DNA of 59,234 nucleotides, the filler included. It is 6 parts of 6 records of this genome, joined end to end, with 100 filler letters (N's around TTAATTAATTAA, not from the genome) between each part and the next. Parts side by side here need not be neighbours in the genome. Positions count along the whole stretch, not along the records: positions 25,346 to 34,805 come from SRR31156797_32958; positions 34,906 to 41,598 come from SRR31156797_32990; 4 more parts are not named here. One strand, written 5' to 3'. The notes under the pieces are model-generated. The model was not told where the DNA came from and searched no databases. It saw only the letters and a program-made list of their open reading frames with translations. Both the position numbers and the translations under genes were made by a program. Shown piece after piece: positions 30,951-41,364 of the stretch. Each line of letters opens with the position of its first letter. Within the stretch, counting starts at the first letter, position 1.

Positions 30951-32021
30951 ATGCAACGAAAGCAAACACGAGTCTTGAATGTAGGTGCGGTGGGCATTGG
31001 CGGAGACAACCCTGTTCGTGTCCAATCCATGTGCAACACCGATACCCGCGATGTTATCGCCACGGTGACACAAATTAATCAATTGGCCGACGCCGGGTGC
31101 GAGATAGTGCGTTTGGCCGTACCCGATGATAAGGCCGCTGCAGCGCTCAAGGATATTCGCGAGCAATCTCCCGTACCCCTTATAGCGGACATTCATTTTG
31201 ATTATCGGTTGGCTCTGGCTGCCGTGGAGGCCGGGTTTGAAGGATTGCGTATCAATCCCGGCAACATCGGTGACGAGCAGAAGGTGGACATCGTGGTTCG
31301 TGCAGCCATGGCGAACAATGTGCCCATTCGTATCGGTGTCAATGGCGGGTCGCTGGAAAAAGATTTGCTTCGGCAATTTGGTGGCCCTACTCCCGAAGCC
31401 ATGGTTGAATCTGGCTTGCGTCATGTTGCCATGCTGGAAAAGCGTGGCTTTTACGATACTAAAATTTCACTCAAGACCTCATCGGTTTTGAATACCGTTG
31501 CCGCTTACCGACTTATGAGCGAGAAGGTGGACTATCCGCTACATATAGGTATTACCGAAGCCGGGACATTGGTGCGCGGGGCGGTCAAGTCTGCCGTTGG
31601 ACTGGGGATTTTGTTGTCCGAGGGCATCGGCGATACCATGCGCGTGTCGCTCACCCATGATCCTGTCACCGAGATAGGGGTGGCCTACGAAATCCTGCGT
31701 AGCTTGGGCTTGCGTGAACGCGGCCCGGAGATTATATCCTGTCCGACCTGTGGACGTACCGAGATTAAACTGATCGAGTTGGCTGAAAAGGTGGAAGAGG
31801 CTCTGCGAGGAGTGGAGGACGTCTTTACCGTGGCGGTCATGGGGTGCGTGGTCAATGGCCCCGGCGAAGCCCGGGAAGCTGACATCGGCATAGCCGGAGG
31901 CCGTGATCTGGGCATTATCTTTCGCAAGGGAGAAGTTGTGCGCAAGGTCAAGGGCAATGAAAATTTACTGCCTGAATTTATGAAAGAAATTAATATGTTC
32001 CTGGAAGAAAGGAGAAAATAG
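30951..32021 (+). CDS. ispG: (E)-4-hydroxy-3-methylbut-2-enyl-diphosphate synthase
   Basis: [50 protein letters not shown]. The ATG at 30951 is preferred over the TTG at 30912. Confidence 0.97.
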   Translation: MQRKQTRVLNVGAVGIGGDNPVRVQSMCNTDTRDVIATVTQINQLADAGCEIVRLAVPDDKAAAALKDIREQSPVPLIADIHFDYRLALAAVEAGFEGLRINPGNIGDEQKVDIVVRAAMANNVPIRIGVNGGSLEKDLLRQFGGPTPEAMVESGLRHVAMLEKRGFYDTKISLKTSSVLNTVAAYRLMSEKVDYPLHIGITEAGTLVRGAVKSAVGLGILLSEGIGDTMRVSLTHDPVTEIGVAYEILRSLGLRERGPEIISCPTCGRTEIKLIELAEKVEEALRGVEDVFTVAVMGCVVNGPGEAREADIGIAGGRDLGIIFRKGEVVRKVKGNENLLPEFMKEINMFLEERRK

Positions 32022-32025
32022 AAAT

Positions 32026-33768
32026 ATGCGTCTTTCCCGTTACTACATCCCGACTCTCAAAGAGGACCCGGCTGACGCCGAGGTTGTCTCTCACAAGCTT
32101 TTGATGCGTGCGGGTATGATCCGCAAACTCACCAGCGGTATTTACAATTACCTGCCGCTCGGTCTGCGCTCCATCAACAAGGTCGCCGCTATTGTGCGCG
32201 AGGAAATGGACCGCGCCGGAGCCATGGAAGTACTTATGCCCATGGTGCAGCCTGCCGACCTATGGGTTGAGACTGGCCGTTGGGATTACTACGGCAAAGA
32301 ATTGCTGCGTTTGAATGACCGTAATGGTCGTGATTACTGTCTTGGACCCACGCACGAAGAAGTCATCACTGATTTGGTGCGTGGCGAAATCAGTTCCTAT
32401 AAGCAGTTGCCGGTCAATCTGTATCAGATTCAGACCAAGTTCCGTGATGAGATTCGTCCCCGTTTTGGTCTCATGCGTGGCCGTGAGTTCATCATGAAGG
32501 ACGCTTATTCCTTTGATAAAGACGAGGAAGGCGCAGAGAAATCCTATTTTGAGATGTTCGAAGCCTATAAAAAGGCCTTTTCCCGCATCGGTCTTCGGTT
32601 CAAGCCGGTTCAGGCTGACTCCGGGGCCATTGGCGGCGACTTTTCTCATGAATTTATGGTCCTCGCCGAGACCGGCGAGGATACCATTGCATCGTGTTTG
32701 TCCTGCGAATTCGGTGCAAATCTGGAAAAAGCCAAGGTTGCCGCACCTGCTGGCGAGGATATGACCAACGCTGATTGTCCAGCCATGGAAGAAGTGGACA
32801 CTCCCGGTCAGCATACCGTGGAAGAAGTCTGCAATTTCCTTGGTGTGGACCCGAGTAAGCTGGTCAAGACGCTGCTGTTCGTTGTGGACGGCGAGCCCGT
32901 CGCCGCATTGGTGCGTGGTGATCGTGAACTTAACGATATCAAGCTGCGCAACCTTGTTGGCGGCAATGAGATTGAGCTGGCCGACGAGGAATTGGTTAAG
33001 AAACTGACCAACGCCCCTGTTGGTTTTGCCGGTCCTTCCGGTTTGGACAAGGACGTACCTATTTACGCTGACCATGAATTGTGTGCAGCCACAGATTGGG
33101 TGGCCGGGGCCAACAAGGGTGACACACATGTGAAGCATCTGTCTCTTGGTCGCGACTGCACCGTTGAGAAATTTGCTGATTTGCGTGTGATCGAGCCGAC
33201 TGATCCGTGCCCTGAGTGCGGTGGTAAGATCGAGTTCACCAAGGGCATTGAAGTGGGGCATGTGTTTAAACTCGGCGTGAAATATTCCGAGAAGATGGAA
33301 GCCACTTTCCTCGACGAAAACGGTAAGCCCAAGCCCATGATTATGGGGTGTTACGGCATCGGCGTGTCTCGTGTTGTGGCTTCTGCCATTGAACAGAACA
33401 ATGACGAAAACGGTTGTTGTTTCCCGCCGTCCATTGCTCCTTTCGAAGTTTGCTTGATTGCTCTCGGCGGCAAGGATCAGGCTGTAACTGACAAGGCCGA
33501 GGAGCTGTATACTGCGATCAAGGGACTTGGCGTGGATGCCGCTTACGATGATCGCAAGGAGCGTCCGGGTGTCAAGTTTGCCGAGGCTGATCTCATTGGT
33601 TATCCCATGCAGCTTGTTCTCGGTGGCAAAGGCCTCAAAAATGGTATCGTGGAAGCCAAAGATCGCAAGTCCGGCGAGAAGATCGAATTGCCGCTCGATG
33701 GTTTTGTCGAAGCCTTTACCGCATGGCGTAAGGAAATCTGGAATAATTGGGGCCTTGAAGTGAAATAG
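32026..33768 (+). CDS. proS: Proline--tRNA ligase (bacterial type with INS editing domain)
   Basis: [58 protein letters not shown]. Confidence 0.98.
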   Translation: MRLSRYYIPTLKEDPADAEVVSHKLLMRAGMIRKLTSGIYNYLPLGLRSINKVAAIVREEMDRAGAMEVLMPMVQPADLWVETGRWDYYGKELLRLNDRNGRDYCLGPTHEEVITDLVRGEISSYKQLPVNLYQIQTKFRDEIRPRFGLMRGREFIMKDAYSFDKDEEGAEKSYFEMFEAYKKAFSRIGLRFKPVQADSGAIGGDFSHEFMVLAETGEDTIASCLSCEFGANLEKAKVAAPAGEDMTNADCPAMEEVDTPGQHTVEEVCNFLGVDPSKLVKTLLFVVDGEPVAALVRGDRELNDIKLRNLVGGNEIELADEELVKKLTNAPVGFAGPSGLDKDVPIYADHELCAATDWVAGANKGDTHVKHLSLGRDCTVEKFADLRVIEPTDPCPECGGKIEFTKGIEVGHVFKLGVKYSEKMEATFLDENGKPKPMIMGCYGIGVSRVVASAIEQNNDENGCCFPPSIAPFEVCLIALGGKDQAVTDKAEELYTAIKGLGVDAAYDDRKERPGVKFAEADLIGYPMQLVLGGKGLKNGIVEAKDRKSGEKIELPLDGFVEAFTAWRKEIWNNWGLEVK

Positions 33769-33791
33769 GTTCTGATCGCATATATGGCTAC

Positions 33792-33828
33792 AAGCCCGGC
33801 GCGGAATCTCTGCGCTGGGCTTTCTTTT
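33792..33828 (+). terminator. Intrinsic terminator after proS
   Basis: AAGCCCGGCGCGG...CTGCGCTGGGCTTTCTTTT. Confidence 0.75.
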
Positions 33829-34010
33829 GGGGTGCCTCCCCCAGACCCCCATCCCTATCTCCTTTCCTAAACTTTTTGTGTGCGCTTCGCGCAGGGCGGA
33901 GATTGTTTAGTTTTGAAGAGCCTCGCCGAAGGCGCGATAAAAAGTTCTGGAGAAGGAGTCCAGAGAGGGAACCTCTTTCAAGAGGTTCCCTCTCTGGTCG
34001 CCGAAGGCCT
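33828..34010. repeat. REP/MITE-like palindromic intergenic repeat, copy 1
   Basis: Contains an 18-bp perfect hairpin (33960-33997), two CGCCGAAGGC units and a 31-bp unit (33866-33896) repeated inverted at 34755-34785. Confidence 0.7.
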
Positions 34011-34108
34011 CTTGTTCCCTTCGGGTGATGCGTTCCTTTTTTATTGGCTGTCTGGTCCATGGGGTGATATACACTGTATGGCCGGATATATGGAAACGGA
34101 GAGAGAAA

Positions 34109-34720
34109 ATGACGATTGAAAGTGGAATTGCCTTGGCATTCGCCACCTTTGTTTTTGCGAGTATTCCGGGACCGGGAGTTTCTGCTCTTGTGGCCCAATC
34201 CTTGTCTCGTGGTTTCAAGACCGGAGTCGGATACGCCGCTGGTTTGGCGTGCGGTGATTTGGTGTATTTGCTCACGGCCTTATTTGGTCTTGGGTGGGTT
34301 TCATCACAGATCGGCCCGTGGTTTGCGGTCCTCAAATGGGTGGGCGCGGCCTATTTGGTTTATATGGGGGTCAGAGCTTGGATGGCCAAACCGCCAACAG
34401 AACAGGATTCGGCCTGTGCCCCGGTTCGTGGTAGACGAAGTTTTTTGGCAGGTCTGTGTGTGTCGCTCGGCAATCCAAAAGTTATCGCTTTTTATTGTGG
34501 CTTCCTGCCCGGATTCGTCCACATGTCTGAATTGACCACAGTGGATGTCATCATGGTTGTTTCCATCATTATCCCCACGGTCTTTACGGTCCTTGCCACC
34601 TACGCATGGCTGGCCGGTAGAGGTCGTACAGCAATACGCTCAACCCGCGTCTGGAAAATAGCCAACCGCACCGCCGGTTCCATCATGATAGGCGCAGGCG
34701 CGGCCATTGCTGCTGAATAA
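34109..34720 (+). CDS. LysE family translocator
   Basis: IPGPG, G...GD..Y, LKW.GAAYL.Y.G, LGNPK...FY. ATG at 34109 after GGAGAG. Confidence 0.92.
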   Translation: MTIESGIALAFATFVFASIPGPGVSALVAQSLSRGFKTGVGYAAGLACGDLVYLLTALFGLGWVSSQIGPWFAVLKWVGAAYLVYMGVRAWMAKPPTEQDSACAPVRGRRSFLAGLCVSLGNPKVIAFYCGFLPGFVHMSELTTVDVIMVVSIIIPTVFTVLATYAWLAGRGRTAIRSTRVWKIANRTAGSIMIGAGAAIAAE

Positions 34721-34754
34721 AAAAATTAACTGACGAACATAACGCATCGTAACA

Positions 34755-34805
34755 CCCTGCGCGAAGCGCACACACAAAGTTTAGGAGAGTCCAGAGAACC
34801 CTTTT
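34755..34805. repeat. REP/MITE-like repeat, copy 2 (cut by the contig end)
   Basis: CCCTGCGCGAAGCGCACACACAAAGTTTAGG is the reverse complement of 33866-33896 with 1 mismatch. It is followed by GAGTCCAGAGA, also found at 33956-33966. Confidence 0.72.
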
Positions 34806-34905
34806 NNNNNNNNNNNNNNNNNNNNNNNNNNNNNNNNNNNNNNNNNNNNTTAATTAATTAANNNNNNNNNNNNNNNNNNNNNNNNNNNNNNNNNNNNNNN
34901 NNNNN
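34806..34905. other. Artificial contig spacer
   Basis: 44 N + TTAATTAATTAA + 44 N. Confidence 0.97.
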
Positions 34906-35442
34906 GTCGGCCATGATGACCAGCATGATGCTGGGGGGAATGAGAATTCCCAGGGTGCCCGAGGCCGCAACGGTGCCCAGTGCCAGGGATTTGTCATAAC
35001 CCTGCCTTAACATGATGGGGAGGGAAAGTACCCCCAGAAGCACAACGGAAGCGCCGATAACACCGGTGGAGGCTGCCAGAATAATGCCGATGGCCGCTAC
35101 GGAAATTGCCAGCCCGCCCCGCACCCGGCCGAAGAGTTTCTGCATGGCATCCATCATCTTTTCCGCTATGCCCGAACGGTCCAGCATGAGCCCCATGAAA
35201 ACAAACATGGGTATGGCCACCAGCACCCAGTTGCTCATGAGTTTGAATACCCGCATGACAATCATGCCCAGGACCCTGAAATCCAACCCCGTAACGGTAT
35301 CCAGGTACATATCCGACAGGTAGCCCACCACGGTAAAGAGCACCGACACCCCCGCCAGAATGAAAATAATGGGGAAACCGCTCATCAGAAGTATAATGAA
35401 GGTGGCCAGCATCAGAATGACGAGCAGATCCGTGGTCTCCAT
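34906..35442 (-). CDS. dctM: TRAP transporter large permease (3'-truncated)
   Basis: G.P..F.L, L.AIP.F.FMG, GGL, AASTG..GAS, GY, GTLG.LIPPS. Confidence 0.92.
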
Positions 35443-35448
35443 GGCCCC

Positions 35449-35988
35449 CTACCGTTGCCGCCGATCTCTTTTGATCTGTTTTAACACCGCCACCGCCCGG
35501 ACGATTCTGGACAGGGCGGCCAGAATCACCAGAAACATGGTCACCGGAATGAAGGCTTTGATGATCCACCAGCAGGGGAGTCCCAGGGGGTGGGGTGAAC
35601 TTTCATTGACATGCCAGGCGGTTTTCAGAAAATCGAGACCATGGTAAAACAGGATGCTGAAAAAGGGCAGAACCATGAAGATCATGCCGAACAGATCGAT
35701 GTATTCTTTATTGGTCTCCGAGAAGTTGCGGTGGAAAATATCCAGACGAACATGGGTATCGGTTGTCAGACAGTAGGAAAGGCCCACCAGAAACAGAACC
35801 GCATAGAAGTGCCACTCCAATTCCTCCAGCCATACCTTACCCTCACCCAGGGCATAGCGCAGAATCACCTGTACCACGATGTTGAGCACCAGGATGGAAT
35901 TGAGCCAACAGATGGCGGAACCCAACCATTCCATGAATGTATCTATGCTCGTACAGAACCTGGGTAGATGGCGACCGTTTCCCTGCAT
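35449..35988 (-). CDS. dctQ: TRAP transporter small permease
   Basis: Four TM segments, V.LRY, EELEWH, HVR.D, E.S..P.GLP. Confidence 0.9.
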   Translation of the reverse strand: MQGNGRHLPRFCTSIDTFMEWLGSAICWLNSILVLNIVVQVILRYALGEGKVWLEELEWHFYAVLFLVGLSYCLTTDTHVRLDIFHRNFSETNKEYIDLFGMIFMVLPFFSILFYHGLDFLKTAWHVNESSPHPLGLPCWWIIKAFIPVTMFLVILAALSRIVRAVAVLKQIKRDRRQR

Positions 35989-36125
35989 GTTCCACCTTCG
36001 GACCCGAGCGGATTCGTTTCCATGGGGCCTTGTTTCAGGTTAAACAATCCGGCGCAGGGAAGCCATGTTGAACCTCCCCGCACATCAAGGCGGTTTCTTA
36101 TGTTATCAGCCAGCTTATGCGGCGG

Positions 36126-37199
36126 CTATTCGTCTTTGTTCCTGGGAAGGAAGCCCAGATCACTGTAGATCTTGTACTCGGCCCGGAAGTTCTGAAGGTC
36201 ATCCCAGGTTTTGTTGAACATGGGATCTTTGGCACATTGTTCTTTCACCACCTCTTTCCAAGCTTGGTTAAAGGCCTGAAGCATCTCGGGAGACCAGTAC
36301 ATGTTCTTGACGCCGCGCTTCAGGGCGTTTTCCTTGATCACCGCACCCTGGCTCCCTTCTCCGATGGCCTGGGTCTGCAACAAGGATGCGCGCACACCCA
36401 GTTCGATCTGAGCCTGCTGTGCCTGGGTCAAACTGTTCCACACATCCTTGTTGATGATGAGTTCATGGATGGATGTCTGCTGGTGCCATCCGGGGAAGTA
36501 ATTGTACTTTACCACCTTGTAAAAACCCTGGCTGACGTCCACATAGGGGCTGGAGAACTCGGCGGCGTCGATGGCGCCCTTTTCCAGAGCCGGGAATATC
36601 TCAGCCGGGGGCAGCATGGTGGCCGACGCGCCCAACTTCTCGATAACGGAACCGCCCAGGCCGTAAAAACGCATTTTGACGCCCTTGAAATCCGCCGGGG
36701 TTTTAATCTCCTTGGCGTACCAGCCCGAGGTCTCGGGGGGACACAGGATAATGGGAAAAACCTTTACGTTATAACCGGCCTTGTCATAGGCCTCCTGCCA
36801 CAGTTTCAGACCGTTCCCCTTGAACATCCACGCCATGTATTCCGGTCCTTCGGGACCAAAGGGTACGCTCCCGAAAATGGGCGCCGCGGGAACCTTGCCC
36901 ATCCAGAAGGCGGGAGCATCGTAACCGGCCTGGATATGCCCTTTGGATACCGCCTCCAAGATCTCGGTCACGGGCACCAGTTTGCCCGGGTCGTAAAGTT
37001 TAAAGATTAACTCACCGCCGCTGGCCTTTTTCATCATGTCCGAAAACCAGACCAACGGCTTGCCCAGCAACGGCATGGACAGTGAAAACATGGCCTGGGT
37101 TTTTAGCAGAACCTTCTTGGCCCGGGCACTTTGAGCCGGCAAGGCAAAGGCCAACATCACAACCAAAATCACCACCCAAAAAAACTTTCGACGTTTCAT
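36126..37199 (-). CDS. dctP: TRAP substrate-binding protein (TakP/FcbT1-like)
   Basis: Signal peptide, G.LVP, F.SVPFG, GWY.KEI, KMR..GLG, ALEKG.IDA.EF, YFPGWHQ. Confidence 0.93.
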   Translation of the reverse strand: MKRRKFFWVVILVVMLAFALPAQSARAKKVLLKTQAMFSLSMPLLGKPLVWFSDMMKKASGGELIFKLYDPGKLVPVTEILEAVSKGHIQAGYDAPAFWMGKVPAAPIFGSVPFGPEGPEYMAWMFKGNGLKLWQEAYDKAGYNVKVFPIILCPPETSGWYAKEIKTPADFKGVKMRFYGLGGSVIEKLGASATMLPPAEIFPALEKGAIDAAEFSSPYVDVSQGFYKVVKYNYFPGWHQQTSIHELIINKDVWNSLTQAQQAQIELGVRASLLQTQAIGEGSQGAVIKENALKRGVKNMYWSPEMLQAFNQAWKEVVKEQCAKDPMFNKTWDDLQNFRAEYKIYSDLGFLPRNKDE

Positions 37200-37284
37200 G
37201 ATACCCTCCCTTATGGTTGAAGGACCGGCATATCCGGACCCGTTTCACAAAAGCCAGGCGCCCAAAATGTTGTCAGGTGTTCTG

Positions 37285-37296
37285 CTGGTCTGACCG
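37285..37296. promoter_or_regulatory. Candidate FadR-subfamily operator between dctP and the regulator
   Basis: TGGTCTGACC resembles TxGT-N3-ACxA. A second copy of CTGGTCTGA occurs inverted at 37482-37490. Confidence 0.45.
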
Positions 37297-37514
37297 AATG
37301 AAATACACGATTATCAAACTCCTTCAACTCATGTCAAGGAAAAAGCCCAAAGGTTTTTCAAATATTATGAAAGCAAATAATGACATAATTTTAAATATTT
37401 GGTTTGATATTTTTACGGATTTACGGGGTTTTTGGATTTGACAAATATGGGTGGAAAGACTTAATATAGCTGTTATACTATTCAGACCAGTACCGACAAT
37501 AGGAGTCATGAAAA

Positions 37515-38204
37515 ATGCCCTTGCGGCCCATCACCAAAACCAGGCTTTCCGAAGCCGCTATCGAACAAATCAAAGAACTCATTGTCAGCGAAAACCTGGA
37601 ACCCGGCGCCAAACTCCCTTCTGAACGGGATCTGGTGGAGGCCCTGGGTGTGGGACGTTCCTCCATTCGTGAGGCATTGCGGATCCTTGAGATCATGGGC
37701 CTGGTGGAGGTGCTGCCCGGAAAAGGCGCCTTCGTGAAAGCCCTCACCGGCGATCTGTTCATTCCCCTCTCCGAGATATTGACCTCGCAGAAAGAATCCC
37801 TGAAACACCACTTTGAAGCCAGGATGGTTCTGGAACCCGCCGCGGCAGCCCTGGCCGCCAAACGGGCCTCTGCCCAGGAGGTGACCAGGCTGCGCAAAAA
37901 CATGGAAAACTTTAAAGAAAACCTGGCCCGGCAAAATCTGGTGAGCCTGATACGGACCGACATCGAGTTTCATCGCCTGGTTGCCAACGCCACGGAAAAC
38001 CAAACCATTTCGGTCCTCATGAATACCATCACCCGTCACGACTTTCATGGCTGGAAAGCGGCGCTACGAACCAGCAATCGGCCCCAAAAAACCGTGATGG
38101 AACACGGCCGGATTCTGGAGGCCATCGCCTCGGGCAACGAAAAAAAAGCCCGTAGCGCCATGCGCAACCATCTTCTGGCGGCCCAACGCAATCTGGGACT
38201 GTAG
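37515..38204 (+). CDS. GntR family regulator, FadR subfamily (LldR/PdhR-like)
   Basis: L.PG.KLPSER.L...LGVGR.SIREAL..LE..G HTH plus FCD domain (D..FH, EH..I..AI, AM..HL). Confidence 0.95.
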   Translation: MPLRPITKTRLSEAAIEQIKELIVSENLEPGAKLPSERDLVEALGVGRSSIREALRILEIMGLVEVLPGKGAFVKALTGDLFIPLSEILTSQKESLKHHFEARMVLEPAAAALAAKRASAQEVTRLRKNMENFKENLARQNLVSLIRTDIEFHRLVANATENQTISVLMNTITRHDFHGWKAALRTSNRPQKTVMEHGRILEAIASGNEKKARSAMRNHLLAAQRNLGL

Positions 38205-38246
38205 AAGGGTGCGCCATGGGGTCAGTGCCATGGATTTTATGGAAAC

Positions 38247-38271
38247 GCCGGCCCGGGACCTCCGGGCCGGC
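38247..38271. terminator. GC-rich hairpin between convergent genes
   Basis: GCCGGCCCGG-GACCT-CCGGGCCGGC. Confidence 0.6.
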
Positions 38272-38292
38272 AATCCCTTTTCGGGTATCCCT

Positions 38293-39261
38293 TTACCCTT
38301 CCGCTTCTGTTTCGAGTTCATCCAGCCTATCGGGATCGGAAACGGCAACGTCGACAAGGCTTGTGGGGATAGAACTCTGCTCACACATAATTCTGATGTC
38401 CTTCTCCTTGTCGCTGAATTCAAGAATCTCACGGATGGACTCGATGTACTCGAGCATCTCTTCCGGATCAATATCTTCCAAAGCGGGTCCGGCTGCCTCT
38501 GCTTTTTTCCTTGCGGCTTCTTCCTCCGCCAGCCTCTGTTTTTCCTTAAGCTCCGCTTCTATGGATTTTTTGATGTCCGCAAGGGCGCCCGCATCGACTT
38601 CCGCCAACTCTATGATCAGCGCGTCCGAGACGGTATTGTCAAGTAAATGCTTTACTCTTTCTTCCTTGGTCTTATTTTCCACGGCCTCGAGAAGTGTTTT
38701 GACCCTTTCCCTCTCCGCACGTTCCTTTTCAATGTCGGCGTTTACCTGTTCCAGTCTCTCCGCCGTAATGTCAAGGCCTTCCACGATAACCTCTGAAGCA
38801 ATTTCTTCTTCAATCAGTAACCGGATGCCCGCATCGCCGGAAAGGCCCTTCGCCTTGGCAATGAGCAGATCAAGTTTTTTCTTCTCGACAATCCGAAGCA
38901 CATCCGCTCTGCGTTCCGAACCTTTGATTTTCGGCCATGCGTCGCCAACATCACGAACGAGCTTGGCGTTTGCCGGTTCAAGATCAGCCAGATCCTCCAG
39001 CGTGAGTGCTTCAAGGGCATCCATGAAATCCTTCATGAAGGGTCTGCCCATTGAGAGCCTTTCATCAATTGCCCATCGTAGCTGAAGAAAATTGCCGCCA
39101 TGGTTCGAAACATTATGGCCCGTATCGTCAAGTTCTTTCGCAATGCGGTGAATCGTTTGTTCCCGGTTGTTTTCCGATAGGTCTTCCGAAGAGAGCTTGG
39201 AAATGCACTCCTCCATTGACAACCAAAGAGGCTTTTTCTCCATCGTGTCGATTGTCGCCAT
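38293..39261 (-). CDS. Hypothetical acidic, helical/coiled-coil protein
   Basis: Long ORF with a strong AAAGGAG RBS before the ATG at 39261. E/D/K-rich, with no motif I recognise. Confidence 0.8.
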   Translation of the reverse strand: MATIDTMEKKPLWLSMEECISKLSSEDLSENNREQTIHRIAKELDDTGHNVSNHGGNFLQLRWAIDERLSMGRPFMKDFMDALEALTLEDLADLEPANAKLVRDVGDAWPKIKGSERRADVLRIVEKKKLDLLIAKAKGLSGDAGIRLLIEEEIASEVIVEGLDITAERLEQVNADIEKERAERERVKTLLEAVENKTKEERVKHLLDNTVSDALIIELAEVDAGALADIKKSIEAELKEKQRLAEEEAARKKAEAAGPALEDIDPEEMLEYIESIREILEFSDKEKDIRIMCEQSSIPTSLVDVAVSDPDRLDELETEAEG

Positions 39262-39774
39262 CTTCAAATCTCCTTTCTTTGGGGTTGTTGTTTGAAAATT
39301 CCGGTTCATCCGGAAATTGCCTGCTTTTTAGAAATGGGGTACCTCCCCATGAACCAAAATGATAAAAACTTATGGCGCCTACCCGGTGCTTGTCGGTCTT
39401 ATGGCAGGCGCTTATTTACCCAGCGTACCCTGAGGAATCGATATGGCGATTGTGAACCAAATTCTGAGCAAGCGGCTCATCTCTTTTACTCATGGAAAAT
39501 AATGGCAGTTATGAATAATACCTTGTAATTGCCATGATATCAAATATATTCCGGCCGGGGAGTTTTATCACCTGCATGGATTGACTTGCATGCCGATTTC
39601 AAAAACTTAATGATCGGGATTACCTCTGCCCCCCCTTCCCTATCGATACACCCTGTTTGACAAACCGGCTTAAACGCTTTAAGCTCACCAACGTCAACGT
39701 ACCACATAAACACATTCATAATGCCAATCCACGTCAACCCATAGAATTCGTTGAAAGGCGAGGTGCAAGAAATC

Positions 39775-40637
39775 ATGACCGTTCCGATCCGTTCCCGCTA
39801 TATTTCTCTCGTGATTGCAGCCTTTCTGCTGCTCATACCGACCCTTTCAACAGGGGAAGGCGCCAGGGTGGGGACCTGGAAGACGGCCCAGACCATTCAA
39901 CCTTTCTTCTATGGGCAATTTTTCCCGGATCCTGAAACAGTGACGGTTTTCACCTTTACCAATCCCGCAGACCAGAAAGTGGCCCTGCTGGCGGGCAGCC
40001 TGGATATGTGCGGAACGACCCTTGCCCACGCCATCCATGCCGCTTCCCGTGGACAACCGGTGGTAATTGTGGCATCACTGTGCAATAAATGCTCAGCCTT
40101 GGTGGTCAGAAAAGACGGATCGATCAAGACGGTAAAAGACCTGAAAAGCAAAAAAATTGGCTATGTACCCGGGACCATGCACGAAATCCTCCTAAGAGAG
40201 GTCCTGGCACAAAATGGACTTTCACCTGATGGGGATGTGCAGTTGACGCGGGTTGATTTTTTCGATATGGGTCTGGCATTGGCCAGGGGGAGTATTGATG
40301 CCTTTCTTTCCGGGGAACCTTTTCCGACCCTGGCGGTGGAAAAGGGGTACGGGAAAATTCTGGCATATCCTTATTTCGGGGAATCCATCGGCATCATCAA
40401 CGCGGGCATGCTCGTAAAACGGAAAACCATTGGGGAAAACCCTGCCCTTGTACAAAAGCTGGTGGATACTCACACATGGATGAGAATTTCATCCTAAAGG
40501 CCCGTAATCTGGGAGAAAAAATGCAGGCGCCGGGCGTTATTACCCGCCAACCGGATTATCATCAGCTGTTTGACAGGCGTTTTGTTACGAAAAGGGTAAC
40601 GTCTAAAGGGCGCTTTGAGGTAACCATCAATGAATAA
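39775..40637 (+). pseudogene. SsuA/NrtA-type ABC substrate-binding protein with an internal deletion and frameshift
   Basis: Signal peptide, FTNPADQK.ALLAG, DLK.KKIG, DAF.SGEP. The frame ends at 40497, but a family-like C-terminus (MDENFI.KA..LG.KM...G.I.RQPDY..LFD..FV) continues in another frame at 40476-40637. Confidence 0.72.
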
Positions 40638-41337
40638 ACCGCTCCCCAAGGATTCAAAAATCGGGAAAACGGCACTTCTAAAAGCGATCCTACTGGTTGG
40701 TTTCATCCTCGCCGCCATGGGCGTGGCACGATTTACCCCGTTAAAGGAATACCTGACCGCCGATGCTTTGGGGCGTCTGATGGAAGGCGCCGGCGCCTGG
40801 GCGCCCGTGGCCTATATGTTGGTCTATGCCGTGGGGGTCTGTCTCTTTCTGCCGGGAACCCTTCTAACCGGGTTGGGCGCCGCAATTTTCGGCCCCTACT
40901 ACGGCTTTGCCTACGTATGGATCGGGGCCATGCTGGGGGCCGGCGCAGCCTTTGTCATCGGTCGAACCCTGGGCAGGGAATTCGCAGCGTCATTGATCGG
41001 AGATCGTCTCAAAAAATATGATGACGCAATTGAACGAAACGGTTTTGCAACGGTCCTGTACCTGAGGCTTGTTTATTTCCCGTTTACCCCCATGAACTTC
41101 GGGATGGGGCTCACCAAGGTAAAATTCCGAGACTATTTCCTGGGAACAGGCTTGGGGATTATTGTGGGAACCTTCATATTTACCTTCTTCATCGGAACAC
41201 TCAAGGAGGTTTGGGTTTCCGGAAACTGGGAAGATCTTATTTCTTTTAAGGTTTTTTTCTCCGTGGCCCTGTTCATCTTTTCCTTCTTCATCCCGAAAAT
41301 CATCAAGAAATTTAAAAAAGAGGAGACCTCAACTTAA
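40630..41337 (+). CDS. TVP38/TMEM64 (DedA/SNARE-associated) membrane protein
   Basis: F.LPG..L...G...FG, GA..GA...F..GR.LG, LRLV.FPF..MN. Confidence 0.9.
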   Translation: MNKPLPKDSKIGKTALLKAILLVGFILAAMGVARFTPLKEYLTADALGRLMEGAGAWAPVAYMLVYAVGVCLFLPGTLLTGLGAAIFGPYYGFAYVWIGAMLGAGAAFVIGRTLGREFAASLIGDRLKKYDDAIERNGFATVLYLRLVYFPFTPMNFGMGLTKVKFRDYFLGTGLGIIVGTFIFTFFIGTLKEVWVSGNWEDLISFKVFFSVALFIFSFFIPKIIKKFKKEETST

Positions 41338-41364
41338 AAAAAGAAGTGTATTTGGGAGAACAAT

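Noticed and set aside
32260-33852. 530-aa minus-strand ORF
   Set aside because: Antisense shadow of proS with no motifs.
33788-34335. Overlapping short ORFs between proS and lysE
   Set aside because: They span the terminator and the palindromic repeat and do not look protein-like.
36117-37010. 297-aa plus-strand ORF (and the similar 38216-39085)
   Set aside because: Antisense to dctP and to the acidic hypothetical gene respectively, a codon-bias artefact.
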